From positions 1-64,000 of the forward strand of contig NMRA01000817.1 of assembly GCA_002633005.1 (NCBI GenBank): a stretch of DNA of 64,000 nt, in the 5' to 3' direction. Shown here in pieces: positions 38,701-49,290 of the stretch. The notes under the pieces were generated by a model. That model had not been told where the DNA came from and did no database searches. It saw nothing but the letters and a program-made list of their open reading frames with translations. This DNA comes from Phoronis australis. Its lineage: Eukaryota > Animalia > Phoronida. Position numbers and translations under genes: made by a program. Each line of letters begins with the position of its first letter. The stretch's first letter is position 1.

Positions 38701-41102
38701 TGGTCAGGCATTCTTCTTCAAATATTTACTCCAGTTTAAATCTAAAGATCCATCTACATTTGAAACAAGTACTCCTCTTGGCACACAGCAATGGACACTG
38801 GGTACACATTCAGGCTGACTGGAGTCTTCAGTGATCAGGTCATGTCCCTACTAACTACTGTAAAATGTTTATGGCAACACAAAACCATGGGCATATGTGT
38901 CACATTTCAGAGAATTAATGGGCAGAATTTGCATAATAAACCAATTCTAACAAACACAAAGATTCCATTTGTGCCAGATAGTCCTAGCCAAGAGTACGAA
39001 CCTATGGCCAGACTCGGCAGTGATGGGGTCAGGAATTCCTGATGTGTTCCTGATATGACGTGTTTTCGAAGATAGCCGAAGTTCAAAATTTTCTGTTCTC
39101 AAAATTTTGTGGGGAAGTGGGAGCGTGTTTTAAACGAATAATAGAAGAATATGGGGTATGAAATAAAAATAAATGTGGTTTATAAGCAAACTTAACAGTC
39201 AACACGTGTATACACATTAACTACAACTAAATAGCTGTGAACCAATCTCTTTAATGAATTATGTGTGGCAAATTATTTTCTTTGCTAGCTCATTTGTGGC
39301 TTAATTTTGTATCAGGGAGTTGCTGAGAGAGTTTATCAACCATTTTGTTTTGATGTCAAGTCTGACTACTAGTCAGTCGGCCATTGTTACGTGTTTTATG
39401 GTGTGAGTTTTGGTTTTAGATGCTAGTTCTATCCCTATGATTTGAGCTTCCGAAACATTGTTTTCTTTGCATGCATCTACTTATCATTAGGTATCTTTGT
39501 AATTATTAACTAGTCAAAAATCAATGAATTTCATGGCCAATTCATTTTATGCTAGAATGCTCACTCAGTTTGATATTGCTAGGCCTGTTTTACGGAGAAA
39601 GAATATAATCTGATGCTAACAATTCTTTTATTTCCAGATACAGGATTCGAGATTCCAGACAAATTTGTTGTGGGTTATGCTCTAGACTACAACGAATACT
39701 TCCGAGATCTCAGTGTAAGTGATCCACTCCATCTTGTCATGCTCATGTGTTTAAAGTAGCTATAAACCAGTGTTCTGTCGCAGACAATGACAGTGCAGAC
39801 GGCGTACCACTTACTCCTCACTCAGATGAGAAGCAAGGAACTGACACTTTGTTATTCTTCAAGACCATGCTTGATGAATACAGTGACATGCCATCTTCAG
39901 TCAAGTTGTAGAGGCTGGACTCTGGCAACAACCTGCCATTAGTTGTGTCTAAGCCCAGAAATCAGATTTATTTTGACAAGTGCACACTTCGAGACTCCGT
40001 TGTAGTGTTATAAATCAAAAGTTTTTTCTGACAACTTTCTTGGTATTTATTTTCTTTGCATTAATTTTGAAACTTTAGATGTTGATTATATCATAGATTA
40101 AAAACTCCACGATGCATCTTGTTGAACATCGCTGATGGCATGCTTGTCCTGTGTGCAGAATCTACAAGTAGTGGACACTGTACTTGTCATTGACATTTAT
40201 CCAGTTTTTGGTTAATAAATAGAACTTTGGCAAATTTTTGAGTTGCCAGAGGTCACAGGGTTAAATTGGCGTAAAAGTTGCATCTCACTTTGTTATTTTG
40301 GTGTTGCATTTGCCATGTGACCTTGGAACAAAATGTAAAAAGACATGTTCAATGTTTTGGCAATTCCTGAGAAAAATCAGCAATGTGAAAATGGTGGCTC
40401 AGTAGAATAAGGGGAATATTTCTTATATTTAAACTCATCTTTCATCACAAAAACCAATTTTTGATGGATACCATTTCCTATTATCAAATTGTTCAGTAGC
40501 AAATTTAGAAATGTTTTGAGGGCATTGAAAAAACTAATGGTTGACAAGCTTCTGCGGAATGATTTAGTGACTGTTTTGAAGACTAATAACTGCTGCCACC
40601 TTTTGGCTCAATTGCTAGACTCTACTAGCTGGCTCATCATGTTGTGTCATGTGATACACCAAGCATGGTCTCTAGTAATAACCAACTGTCAATAACTTAC
40701 AAAACCCAGAAATCATTTCTCACCTAAGTGAAGAATATGTTGTGATCAGTCTTGTTCCCGTAGGTCATTCAAATCAAAAGTCTGTTTCTTGGGTAGAGTG
40801 CGGGTATAAACAACTAAGACATGTAGATGGTTGAATTTTCTGTAAATGTTAAAAAGTTGGTCCAATGTTACACTATTTTACATTACATATCAAGGTTTAA
40901 CGTTGTTCAGTAATGTGGAGCGATGCAGAAGTTTGACGTGAGCAAATATGGTGTGTGTTGCACGTGTCATTTGATGTGAATCTGTCATGTGGTATAAACC
41001 TTTGTCATTTGTGAATTTTTGTCGTTTCAGCATATATGTGTTATCAATGAAAATGGCAAAAAGAAGTATGCACCGTCAAGTTCCTTACAAGAAGTACGCT
41101 AA
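24961..41102 (+). CDS. HPRT1: Hypoxanthine-guanine phosphoribosyltransferase; join(24961..25067,30947..31130,31668..31733,34412..34562,39638..39714,41031..41102), first coding exon unresolved
   Basis: 657 nt in frame. Motifs [20 protein letters not shown]-binding [13 protein letters not shown] (catalytic Asp intact, unlike PRTFDC1), ASLLVKR and [23 protein letters not shown]. Exon sizes 107/184/66/77 match human HPRT1 exons 2/3/4/8 as I recall them. Confidence 0.97.
26694..26818 (-). repeat. (TAA)n microsatellite of about 16 units, probably the 3' tail of a 5'-truncated LINE on the minus strand
   Basis: The minus strand reads GGACCATGCTGGATATTAGCCTTTGGCTAAAGCATG…ATCCTCTTAAATAAAG(TTA)n, resembling CR1/L2-type 3' ends. 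The microsatellite is certain; the LINE origin is inferred. Confidence 0.6.
27120..29393. mobile_element. Non-autonomous TIR element of about 2.27 kb in HPRT intron 2
   Basis: ACGGGCAAATCACAATCAAGGTCCATATTCG (27121-27151) matches the reverse complement of 29362-29392 at 29/31; right end …CCGTG; about 7 internal copies of GGGGTACGTACACTAC. No clear TSD. Confidence 0.75.
29494..31010 (+). repeat. 89-bp tandem array copying the HPRT intron 2/exon 3 junction (about 3.5 units; the last is the real exon start), split by a transposon
   Basis: Unit TTCATAATCCATTACATTCTTACAG|GGTTGAGCGCATGGCCTGTGACATCACAGCCGAGTTTGCTGGCCAACCTGTAGTTGCGTTGTGT at 29494-29540 (partial), 29541-29629, 29630-29643 plus 30842-30921, and 30922-31010. 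Confidence 0.93.
29644..30841. mobile_element. 1198-bp non-autonomous hAT-like element with a 5-bp TSD (CATTA)
   Basis: Ends CAGAGTTTCCCCTG / CAGGGGAAACATTG (12/14 inverted); CATTA at 29639-29643 and 30842-30846; subterminal CCACGCTCCTTT motifs; internal ~15-bp tandem at 29785-29885. Confidence 0.85.
30947..31130 (+). CDS. HPRT1: HPRT exon ([30 protein letters not shown]…IRLKSYQ)
   Basis: ttcttacAG acceptor; GTAAGC donor; 184 nt. Confidence 0.96.
31668..31733 (+). CDS. HPRT1: HPRT exon ([22 protein letters not shown])
   Basis: ttttcttcAG acceptor; GTACTG donor; 66 nt. Confidence 0.95.
32615..34029. mobile_element. 1415-bp non-autonomous Tc1/mariner-superfamily (pogo/Tc2-like) element, TA TSD
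   Basis: TA-CCGTATTCGCCGTAATAACCGCC…GGCGGTTATTAGGGCGAATACGG-TA (22/23 inverted match); GGCGCTTAT subterminal repeats; no transposase ORF. Confidence 0.88.
34412..34562 (+). CDS. HPRT1: HPRT exon ([14 protein letters not shown]…SDYRPD)
   Basis: gttttcAG acceptor; GTGAGT donor; 151 nt; PRPP-binding motif. Confidence 0.96.
34758..35261. mobile_element. 504-bp hAT-like MITE with a 6-bp TSD (TATTAT)
   Basis: TIR CAGGGCTTGGAAT / ATTCCAAGCCCTG perfect over 13 bp; TATTAT at 34752-34757 and 35262-35267. Confidence 0.88.
35358..35682. mobile_element. Second, 5'-truncated and diverged copy of the same hAT-like MITE
   Basis: Repeats about 34930-35261 (GCTCTTTATGTTT…CATTCCAAGCCCTG) with scattered substitutions; lacks the left TIR. 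Confidence 0.85.
36345..36424. repeat. Perfect 40-bp direct duplication
   Basis: GTGAATCTGTTGCACAGGGCAGTTCTTGTCCACACAGCTT twice. Confidence 0.95.
39638..39714 (+). CDS. HPRT1: HPRT exon ([26 protein letters not shown])
   Basis: tttatttccAG acceptor; GTAAGT donor; 77 nt. Confidence 0.96.
41031..41102 (+). CDS. HPRT1: HPRT last exon ([23 protein letters not shown])
   Basis: gtcgtttcAG acceptor; TAA at 41100-41102; AATAAA downstream near 41558. Confidence 0.94.
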   Translation, partial: HICVINENGKKKYAPSSSLQEVR

Positions 41103-42651
41103 AGACCGTGAGAACTTTGCTTCCTAACAGAGGATACAAGTGTTTGATAATTGGGGGTGCTTCTAACATGCCTAGTCTATCCAGTAAATTAGTAACAATC
41201 CAGTGAATTATTTAACTAACATTTTTTTTTCTGTCTTCTTTTGAGATTGTGTATCACAATTCTCACAATCATTTCTAGTATTTGAATGGTGCACAGTGAT
41301 TCAGAGAATGGCATTTGAAATGTTCTTCACTGCTGATGAGGCAGTTGGTATCTACTTTCCTTGTGGCCACATGAGGGTGCAGTTTGTATGAGACTATGTA
41401 TTAATAGGTGGCCGCACTGCAGATCATGATTCTTTGGTAAATACTGGCACCTCTAAATGAGTGGAATGTAACTATGATGAAACTGAAACTCATTTAATAT
41501 GCTGTCAAAGTTTTGCCATTTAATTGTCGGGAATAGGTATGACTCTTCAGTAAGATGGAATAAACACTGAACACCAATCAAATATATTTAGTTGTTTATC
41601 TACTTTACATGCTCTACTTATTTACGTGTAAGTGTGCATGTGAAGATGGTGCCTGTACATCTGGTACTGGTCTCTCAATCGAACACTTTAATAGTCTTCA
41701 TGAAAGTGTTAGTCTACTCGTATTTCCACACAGTTCCACCATGCTCCTTCCTCCTTGGTGCAATTTTAATATTTTGTGTCCATATTTGAGATCCCTGTTA
41801 ATGTGCGAAAAACTAAGAAGAATCCTACTAAAATTGATGTATGTCTTTCTTTTGATGGTAACGTGATAGACATTGATATTTGAACAATATTGACTACAAC
41901 AGCCTGTTACTACTCCCCCTAGTGGCGGTTTTAACATTTTTGAGTTTGCTTCAATATCTCCCAAGTTTGATGAGGAGTAGTCTTATTTTGGCAAGTATTT
42001 TAAACCTTTTAAGCTGCATTCCGCCCTGTTCAGCTGACTCACTACAAATGTGGAATCAACTAGACCTTTTACTTTTCATGAAATTCGTCTCCTAATGTGA
42101 TAGGATTCTATTTTCGCTAAAATAAGGACATCGAATGGAAACGCTTCGGAGGTTAGGTTGGCCAACTTTGAAATTGTAAATGGCAAGTGGCGCTTGTACA
42201 CTTCACTAGTGACTTGAGTAGGCAACCTAAGTGGAATCCTATCATGGCAAGGAGTATTATTGGACCGATTTTTTAGGAGGAAAAACCAATAATAAGTTTG
42301 GTTTTGGTTTTAACCCTCAGATAAACATGGCGAAATGTAGTGTTCAAATATTACTCACTATGAGAGAGCACAGCACTTCCTATTCTTGGACTGTATCGAC
42401 TAGTGTTGGAGAAACACTTAACTCTTTGGATGATCACGGTGGGCGTTGATTAACGTTCGATCTGTTTTGCACCTTTTGGCTCTATTTACACCATATAAGA
42501 AGGTAACTACTGTGCAAGATAAAAAATCACTAATTGAATACTTGAGATCTTATTTAGCCAAGCTTTTTTGGATTACCTCAAAAACTGTTCTGAAATTCTG
42601 GTCTGTCTTACAGTAAAGTTATCTCCCCTTTCAATCATATTTGCCAGTGGT

Positions 42652-43254
42652 TTAGGCAGTTTGAACCTTCTTCAGGAGGAACTTGTTCACCTGAGGCTTC
42701 AACCCTGGTCCCGGATTCCAAGGGCATGGGAAACTAGCACTAGGTTTGTACTTTGTGCGTGTTTTGTTTCCATACGATTGTGTGAGTCGACTGTACTTGA
42801 TCATTGCTTCCTCGTCTATCTGAGTGTAATACGCGGCCCGTATACTCTCCTTACTTATCATAACTCTTCGCCCTATGTCTAAATCGGGGCCATGGATGTT
42901 TTCCCCAAGTCTATAGTGTTCTAGTTTCAGTCTCACCCTGTTGGTGGCGCTAGTAGTGAGTTGCATGTAGCCGGGCACAGATTTCTTTTCCTCCACCGGA
43001 CTAAATGCATGCCTCCTGCGTTTACCGTGTGGTGAATATTTGTTGCCTTGGGCCGAACCAATGGGGCTATCTAAGCTTCCTACGCTGTCGAGGTAATAGT
43101 AAATGCCGTCGAGAGGTGGCGCTTCGTACACGAAACTCAGACGCCCAGATTTCGTCGGCTTATGACGGACGATTTCGCGGTATATGTCTTTCAGCGAACG
43201 TGTCAGATACATACTACAGCTACGATTGCATTTTTCGGACATCACTGTCTTCAT
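42652..43254 (-). CDS. Uncharacterised basic 200-aa protein, single coding exon, convergent with HPRT
   Basis: 603-nt ORF in AT-rich DNA with higher local GC; splice acceptor ttgctttccatctacAG 32 nt upstream of the ATG (43288-43287) with an in-frame stop before the ATG; candidate upstream donor GAG|GTAACG near 44168. No known domain recognised. Confidence 0.65.
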   Translation of the reverse strand: MKTVMSEKCNRSCSMYLTRSLKDIYREIVRHKPTKSGRLSFVYEAPPLDGIYYYLDSVGSLDSPIGSAQGNKYSPHGKRRRHAFSPVEEKKSVPGYMQLTTSATNRVRLKLEHYRLGENIHGPDLDIGRRVMISKESIRAAYYTQIDEEAMIKYSRLTQSYGNKTRTKYKPSASFPCPWNPGPGLKPQVNKFLLKKVQTA

Positions 43255-43580
43255 TAAATAACGGATGAATGCATGTTACTTACGAGCTGTAGATGGAAAG
43301 CAAACCTACACTTCGTGAATTGTGGGTTGAGTGAGACTAAACAGTTCACTTGAGAGTGACAGAGACTTATCTGCTAACGACTCGTGACAAATGTAGATTT
43401 ACTGCATAAATATATACAAAAAAATAATTGAGATTTTTCTGTTTTGCGTGAAGCCTTTTTGTGAAACAATTTTCGCGAGTATAAAACCAATAAGCCTTGG
43501 TTTCTCTCATAGCTGGTCAGCTATAGTGCTAAACATCTCGGTACGACGTGACAGAGGAAACCACGGATGAAAGTGTATTG

Positions 43581-43826
43581 CATGCGCGCACCTAGGAGGG
43601 GGGTGGGCGGGGGGCTCGAATGGAGAAGTGGGCAAAAAGGTCCGCCTCTGAGAGACAAAAATTACGAGAAAAAGGGTCCACTAAACAAGCGCAATCACGC
43701 AATTCCCAGTGGTGTTCTGTTTTTTTTTTAATTTTATTTTTTTAGTCCGACCGCTCTTATGATAGCAAAAGGTCCACAACGTCAGGAATTCGAGCCCCTC
43801 CATATTGAGGGCTGGGTGCGCTCATG
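43581..43826. mobile_element. MITE family A, copy 3 (opposite orientation), perfect 5-bp TSD TATTG
   Basis: CATGCGCGCACCTAG…CTGGGTGCGCTCATG; TATTG at 43576-43580 and 43827-43831. Confidence 0.88.
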
Positions 43827-43874
43827 TATTGAATGCGGTATTGTTTCCAAGAATGATGAGCTTTGCTGACTGAT

Positions 43875-44004
43875 CATGGGCGGAGCAGCACTGGGCGGGG
43901 CCCCTCTGTGGTACACTGCCCATAGCCCGGCCATGGGCGCTGGAGCACTGAAAAAAGTGGGGAAGGCTACAGCCCCCTCAGCCATCTATGGTGCGCCGCT
44001 CATG
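43875..44004. mobile_element. 130-bp MITE family B (CATG termini), perfect 5-bp TSD CTGAT
   Basis: CATGGGCGGAGCA…TGCGCCGCTCATG (11/13 inverted); CTGAT at 43870-43874 and 44005-44009. Confidence 0.8.
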
Positions 44005-45287
44005 CTGATCCATTTGTTTTCGAAGATACTTGCAATGTTATTCGTTCACTATTTCTAGCAATCTTCCGAGATCACTCACTAAAAGAAACATTCCTGATCC
44101 CTACATTCATGTATGTCGTTGTCAAATGTCAAAAGACGGAATGAATTTCGGTTGAAATATACCGTTACCTCGTTGAAAATCCTTAACACACTCGCTGCCA
44201 AATCCCGTGCCTAGAGAAGTCGTGGGCCGCCATTATATTGCTGTTGTAATTTGCTGTGGGAATTAATGGAGCTACCAGGATCCTAATTATTTTTTTAAAT
44301 TTTCTGTTCTGCTTTTCAGTACTCAGTACGAGCTCCAGGTGGCGATATGTGCTGCCAGTCATGCGCATTGTGGATGACTGTGCGATCTCATTTAGCATTT
44401 GATGCCATAAGCATTAATTAAGTGCGAGTACATGTATCAATTGGAGGGGAAATTGAAAGCGGGTGTTTGATCTTGAATTTTTGCTCAAATGTAGGAATAG
44501 GTTCAAACCAGCGGTGTAGTGGGGCGTTGATGTAACATACCAACCTGTTTGTGTTAACATAGCGTCTACTCCCCGTAACGCAGTCTTGATACACTTGTGT
44601 TCAAAGAACTGCAGGGCTGCCTAAAGTCTAATGTTGTATGGATGCGTTGATATAGACACCCGTGTTTTTCGTTAACAAACCGAGTTTATGGAGCATTTTA
44701 AATGTCTTTACTGATGTACACAGCATTGGTTCTCCTGCGTTTTCAAACTGAACCAAAATTCGTCCGTACGTGTACAGTGAGTTTATTAGTAAATTTTGGT
44801 CTGACGGAAAATCCACCTTTGTGCCAAACTGAGTGTCCAGGAAAAACATTTTGAAATTATTACGTAGCTGTATAAGGACATGACGCAACTGAATTAAGGG
44901 AAATATTGAGAAACTGGAATTTGTTGAATATGTTTTACTGGAATATATTCACTAAAGTCTCGCTCATGGAAAAGTTTGGAAGCCCTAATCAAGCAGCAGG
45001 TGTTGGAGGAAAATTGCAGTTGGCGAAATATTTCATAATCAGTATTTGCACGACGCCTCTCGTAAAATTTACAGTAATGCATGATTGAGGCGAAAGAATT
45101 TGGAAATTCAGACTCTGGCAACGAGACAATGCCAATTTTGATTAATCGTTATTGATATTTGTTGAATAAAATAGGTCGTTGGTTGTCCGGCTGAGATAGG
45201 CGCTTTAAACGGCACATCACTACAAAGTTAAGCGTCCATAGCAGTCCTAGCACGCTCAGTATGTAATCAGGGTAAACTATAAGTGTC

Positions 45288-46325
45288 CATATAATGTAGT
45301 GGCTATAGTAGATTTACATGTAATGTAGTGGCTATAGTAGGTTTACATATAATATCGTAGCTATAGTAGATTTACATTTGATATGGTGGCTATAGTAGAT
45401 TTACATGTAATATAATGGCTGTAGTAGATTTACATGTAATATAGTGGCTATAGTAGATTTACATATAATATAGTAGCTATAGTAGATTTACATTTGATAT
45501 AGTGGCTATAGTAGATTTACATATAATATAGTGGCTATAGTAGATTTACATTTGATATAGTGGCTATAGTAGATGTACATGTAATATAGTGGCTATAACA
45601 GATTTACATTTGATGTAGTGGCTATGTGTAATATAGTGGCTATAGTATATTGACTATAGTAGATTTACGTGTAATATAGTGGCTATAGTAGATTTACATG
45701 TAATATATTGATTATAGTAGATTTACGTGTAATATAGTGGCTATAGTAGATTTACATATAATATAGTAGCTATAGTAGATTTACATGTAATATAGTAGCT
45801 ATATTAGATTTACATTTGACTTAGTGGCTATAGTAGATATACATTTGATATAGTGGCTGTAGTAAATTTACATATAATATAGTAGCTATATTAGATTTAC
45901 ATTTGATGTAGTGGCTATAGTAGATTTACGTGTAATATAATGGCTATAGTAGATTTACGTGTAATATAGTGGCTATGGTAGATTTACATGTAATATAGTG
46001 GCTATAGTAGATTTACATTTGATATAGTGGCTATAGTAGATTTACACGTAATACAGTGGCTATAGTAGATTTACACGTAATATATTGGCTATAGTAGATT
46101 TACATGTAATATAGTGGCTATAGTAGATTTACATTTGATATAGTGGCTATAGTAGATTTACATGTAATATAATGGCTATAGTAGATTTACACGTAATATA
46201 TTGGCTATAGTAGATTTACATGTAATATAGTGGCTATAGTAGATTTACATTTGATATAGTGGCTATAGTAGATTTACATGTAATATAATGGCTATAGTAG
46301 ATTTACATATAATATTGTGGCTAAA
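45288..46325. repeat. 29-bp AT-rich minisatellite (TATAGTGGCTATAGTAGATTTACATGTAA), about 35 copies
   Basis: Head-to-tail units with recurring variants CATGTAA/CATTTGA/CATATAA/CGTGTAA/CACGTAA; one internal deletion near 45625-45650; no unique spacers. Confidence 0.97.
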
Positions 46326-46802
46326 GTACTGTAGATTTTCCCGTGCTATTTTACCTTTCTGTTTACATGGCTTTGGTTTCATTGTACTCTTAATCACGTA
46401 GTTGGAAGTCCGCGTCTGTAATTTAGTTGTTGCGCCTTTGGTCTGCTGTTTGTATGCATTTAGTTCAGTCTGTGTAAGGATTTTATTGTGTCATTCGTAT
46501 CCTGTTCGTGTTGTCTTAGTGTCAATATCCCTTACTTATTTTGATACTTGTTATAGAAGCTCAGCATGTTTTTATACTTACTTTTTGCGTCATTATGTAA
46601 TTTCTGTGTAGATGAAACTGGTTGCGAAAGAGATGACCTCGGAAGACAATTTACAGTGCAAACTACAGGTTGCATGTTTTGAGCTCAATGAAGGAGAACA
46701 TTGACCTGTACTTAATGCATTGAGCTGTACTTATTACTGAGTTAAGGCTTTGATATCCTTCGCAGTGGCGACGTTGAATCGAATCCTGGCCCCTTGGCAC
46801 CC

Positions 46803-46928
46803 CAGTGGCGGATTTAAGGGGAGACAAGATTCCATTTGGCAGTACGGGGGTACGAATGTCTGCCGTGCAAAATCTTGGCTAATACTCTGCCCTGGCACCC
46901 CAAACTCAAAATCCTGGATCCGCCCCTA
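46803..46928. mobile_element. Short GC-rich MITE-like relic (CAGTGGCGGATTTAAGGG…CCTGGATCCGCCCCTA)
   Basis: Imperfect terminal inverted repeats; no convincing TSD. Confidence 0.4.
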
Positions 46929-47189
46929 CGCCCTGTGGTGTGTTTAGTATTTTATTCTCAAACGTAACAACCGATAGCTTTCTACTATTTGATATTTTTA
47001 AGAAATTTGTTCTTGCCAATATCTAAAAACATTTTACTCTTTGTGAAGCCGGTTACTTGCTGTCCGAACAAATTCAACCAGACTGTGTGAGTCCCGAATG
47101 CTTTATTGTGTATCACACTTATGAAGACCGAGGTCTTCTTGTATATATATTCATAATGGATTTGAAATATCGAATGACATAATCAGCCG

Positions 47190-49290
47190 TGAGCTATGTA
47201 ATTGCTGGGTTAAACTTAGCCTCAACCACATACCAATGTGTATTGAATTTTTATAGGTCTTCATCGCAGACCTTTAGTTTATCCCAACATGTTTCTGATA
47301 ATAATTTCGGTGTTCCCAATTTGATAAACGGCGACTTTAATGCCCATATTCTTGGTTCACTGGGGATATTGACAATCAAGCAGGTATTGAGCTTTTTTAT
47401 GTTTTTGTACCCAATCATTCAGTGACATTTGTTACGACGTGTGTTCTGTTCTCTACATTGAAGTTGTGTCGCCTATGGGAAACTAGTTTGTGTGATACCA
47501 TCTTGTGCACTGATGTCATCCTCTTGAATAACCCAAAATTTGTGGAAATATGATCATGGTGACTGAAAAAACTTACTTCTGATTTGGTCGATTAGTGAAT
47601 TGTGATGCAGTTTTGATTTTGGTGGCATTGATTAGATTGGGGATTTGTTTTTAATAACTTCAATGGCATACCTATGAAGTAAAGGGAAATTAAACAAAAA
47701 TTAAATCTTGGTTTTATTGTAACCTGAATTAAAGCAGAAACGTTAGCGGTGTTGAGCGTTTAAATTGTCAAGTAGCCCAGTCCGGAGATATACATGTAAA
47801 GACCAGTCGCTTGTCGAAAATCTGATATCATCTGCCTAATGTGGTAATCGCATATCCAGTTTGCAAATTATTAACCGAAAAATCTCAGGACTACCGCAAA
47901 CTCATTAAGATTATTCTTGGTCAATCCACTCATGATACATTACCTTACAAAAACTGAGTACTTCTGGTAATGGTGCCACTTCAAAATTAGATAAAGCTAA
48001 TTTAGTATAAAATCATTTCATGTATAAAAAGCTTAGTGCAGTGAACCTGTTTTCACTAATTTCCGAGTCAATGGGTATTAGGGCTCACTTTTCAGTAAAT
48101 GCAACTCAAACCCCTGCAAGTGAAATCTAAATACTTACGTCGAGGGTCATCAACCAGCATAAAGAGTAAAATGTTTAAATTGCTGGCAAATTCATTTACT
48201 ATTCCAGTAACTACATTATGTAATTCATTTTGGCGTTTTCCAACTAGATGGAAACGTGGGTTGGTGATACCTCTGCATAAAAAGGACTTGACGGCTGTAG
48301 TGTCTAATTATCCCATCAATACTCATTGACTCTACTCCCTGAAGTCTCAAAACTTCTTGAAAAAGTATTTCCCCGTGTATATGATAATAACAACTAAAAC
48401 TTGTATGCTGCTCAGTTTGGTTTTGTTTATCTAGTAAAGTCATCACGTCACATTTGATTGAAATTATCCCAGCGTCTCCACTGAGAATCTCGGGTATCAG
48501 TGTTCTGGCTGTTTTTTTTTTTGGATTTTTGGGCTGCGTTTGATATGGTGCTTCATGATCTGTTATTATAGCTTCTTAAATAAGGAATTGGTGCAACTGT
48601 GCACGGTGTGCTTCTAAATAGTCCTATAGGGGGCGTTTGGACGGTGTATATGCTGATGAAACGCCAACAGTGTATGTTGATGCTGTCACATCACAAGGCG
48701 GTGTACTGAACCCGTTGCCTTTTCTTATATTTATTTATTAACTGCCTTACAGACTGTTTATCCTGACGACACGCCTATTTTCATTTCTTATCCAAAAGAC
48801 AAATTCGAAAACTTTAGTTTCCTTCAAATGTGGCTTGATTTGTTGTGTGATTGGGCAACCAAATGTCGCATGGAGTTCTAAGCATCCAAAAGTTATGACA
48901 TAACGTTCTCATTGATCCTCCACAGCATATTGACAAACCCCAAGACTGTATTTGTATGATTTTATTGATCGTCAAAGTAAACATCTCATGGGTGTTATGC
49001 GGGTATGTTAAAAAATCAAAATCTTCTCAATTCCGGCATTTACATGTTGAAAACTTTCTATGTATAATTCTAGTTGCTATTTAGAATTGATTTATTATTT
49101 GTTTATTCTACCTTATTTCAACTCTGCGGATTTTTATACCAACGCAACTTTGACTTCACTCTGTAAACTTAGAAGAGTTCAGGTGCTAGTTACCCTTTCC
49201 GCATCAGAGGCTGTCAAGGGTTCTAGTGCAATTAGAGTCTTAGGAATTCTTAATTGGAATTCGCTCCCTCTGTTAACAAAACAGTAATTA
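47190..49290 (+). mobile_element. Decayed non-LTR retrotransposon ORF2 (APE endonuclease plus RT; CR1/L2-like)
   Basis: Colinear fragments NFYRSS and LINGDFNAH (~47245-47350), FPTRWKRGLVIPLHKKD…SNYP (~48235-48315), LDFWAAFDMVLHDLLL (~48521-48570), QGGVLNPLPFLIFI (~48693-48735), YPDDT (YADD-like, ~48760) and WNSLP (~49255), with many stops and frameshifts. Confidence 0.88.

Noticed and set aside
38550-39042. Overlapping short ORFs in an HPRT intron, faintly like a tyrosine-recombinase fragment
   Set aside because: No convincing catalytic R-H-R-Y motif set; the similarity is too weak to call.
45288-46325. CRISPR array (repeat length 29 bp)
   Set aside because: Units are head-to-tail with no unique spacers, no cas genes are present, and the context is eukaryotic; it is a minisatellite.
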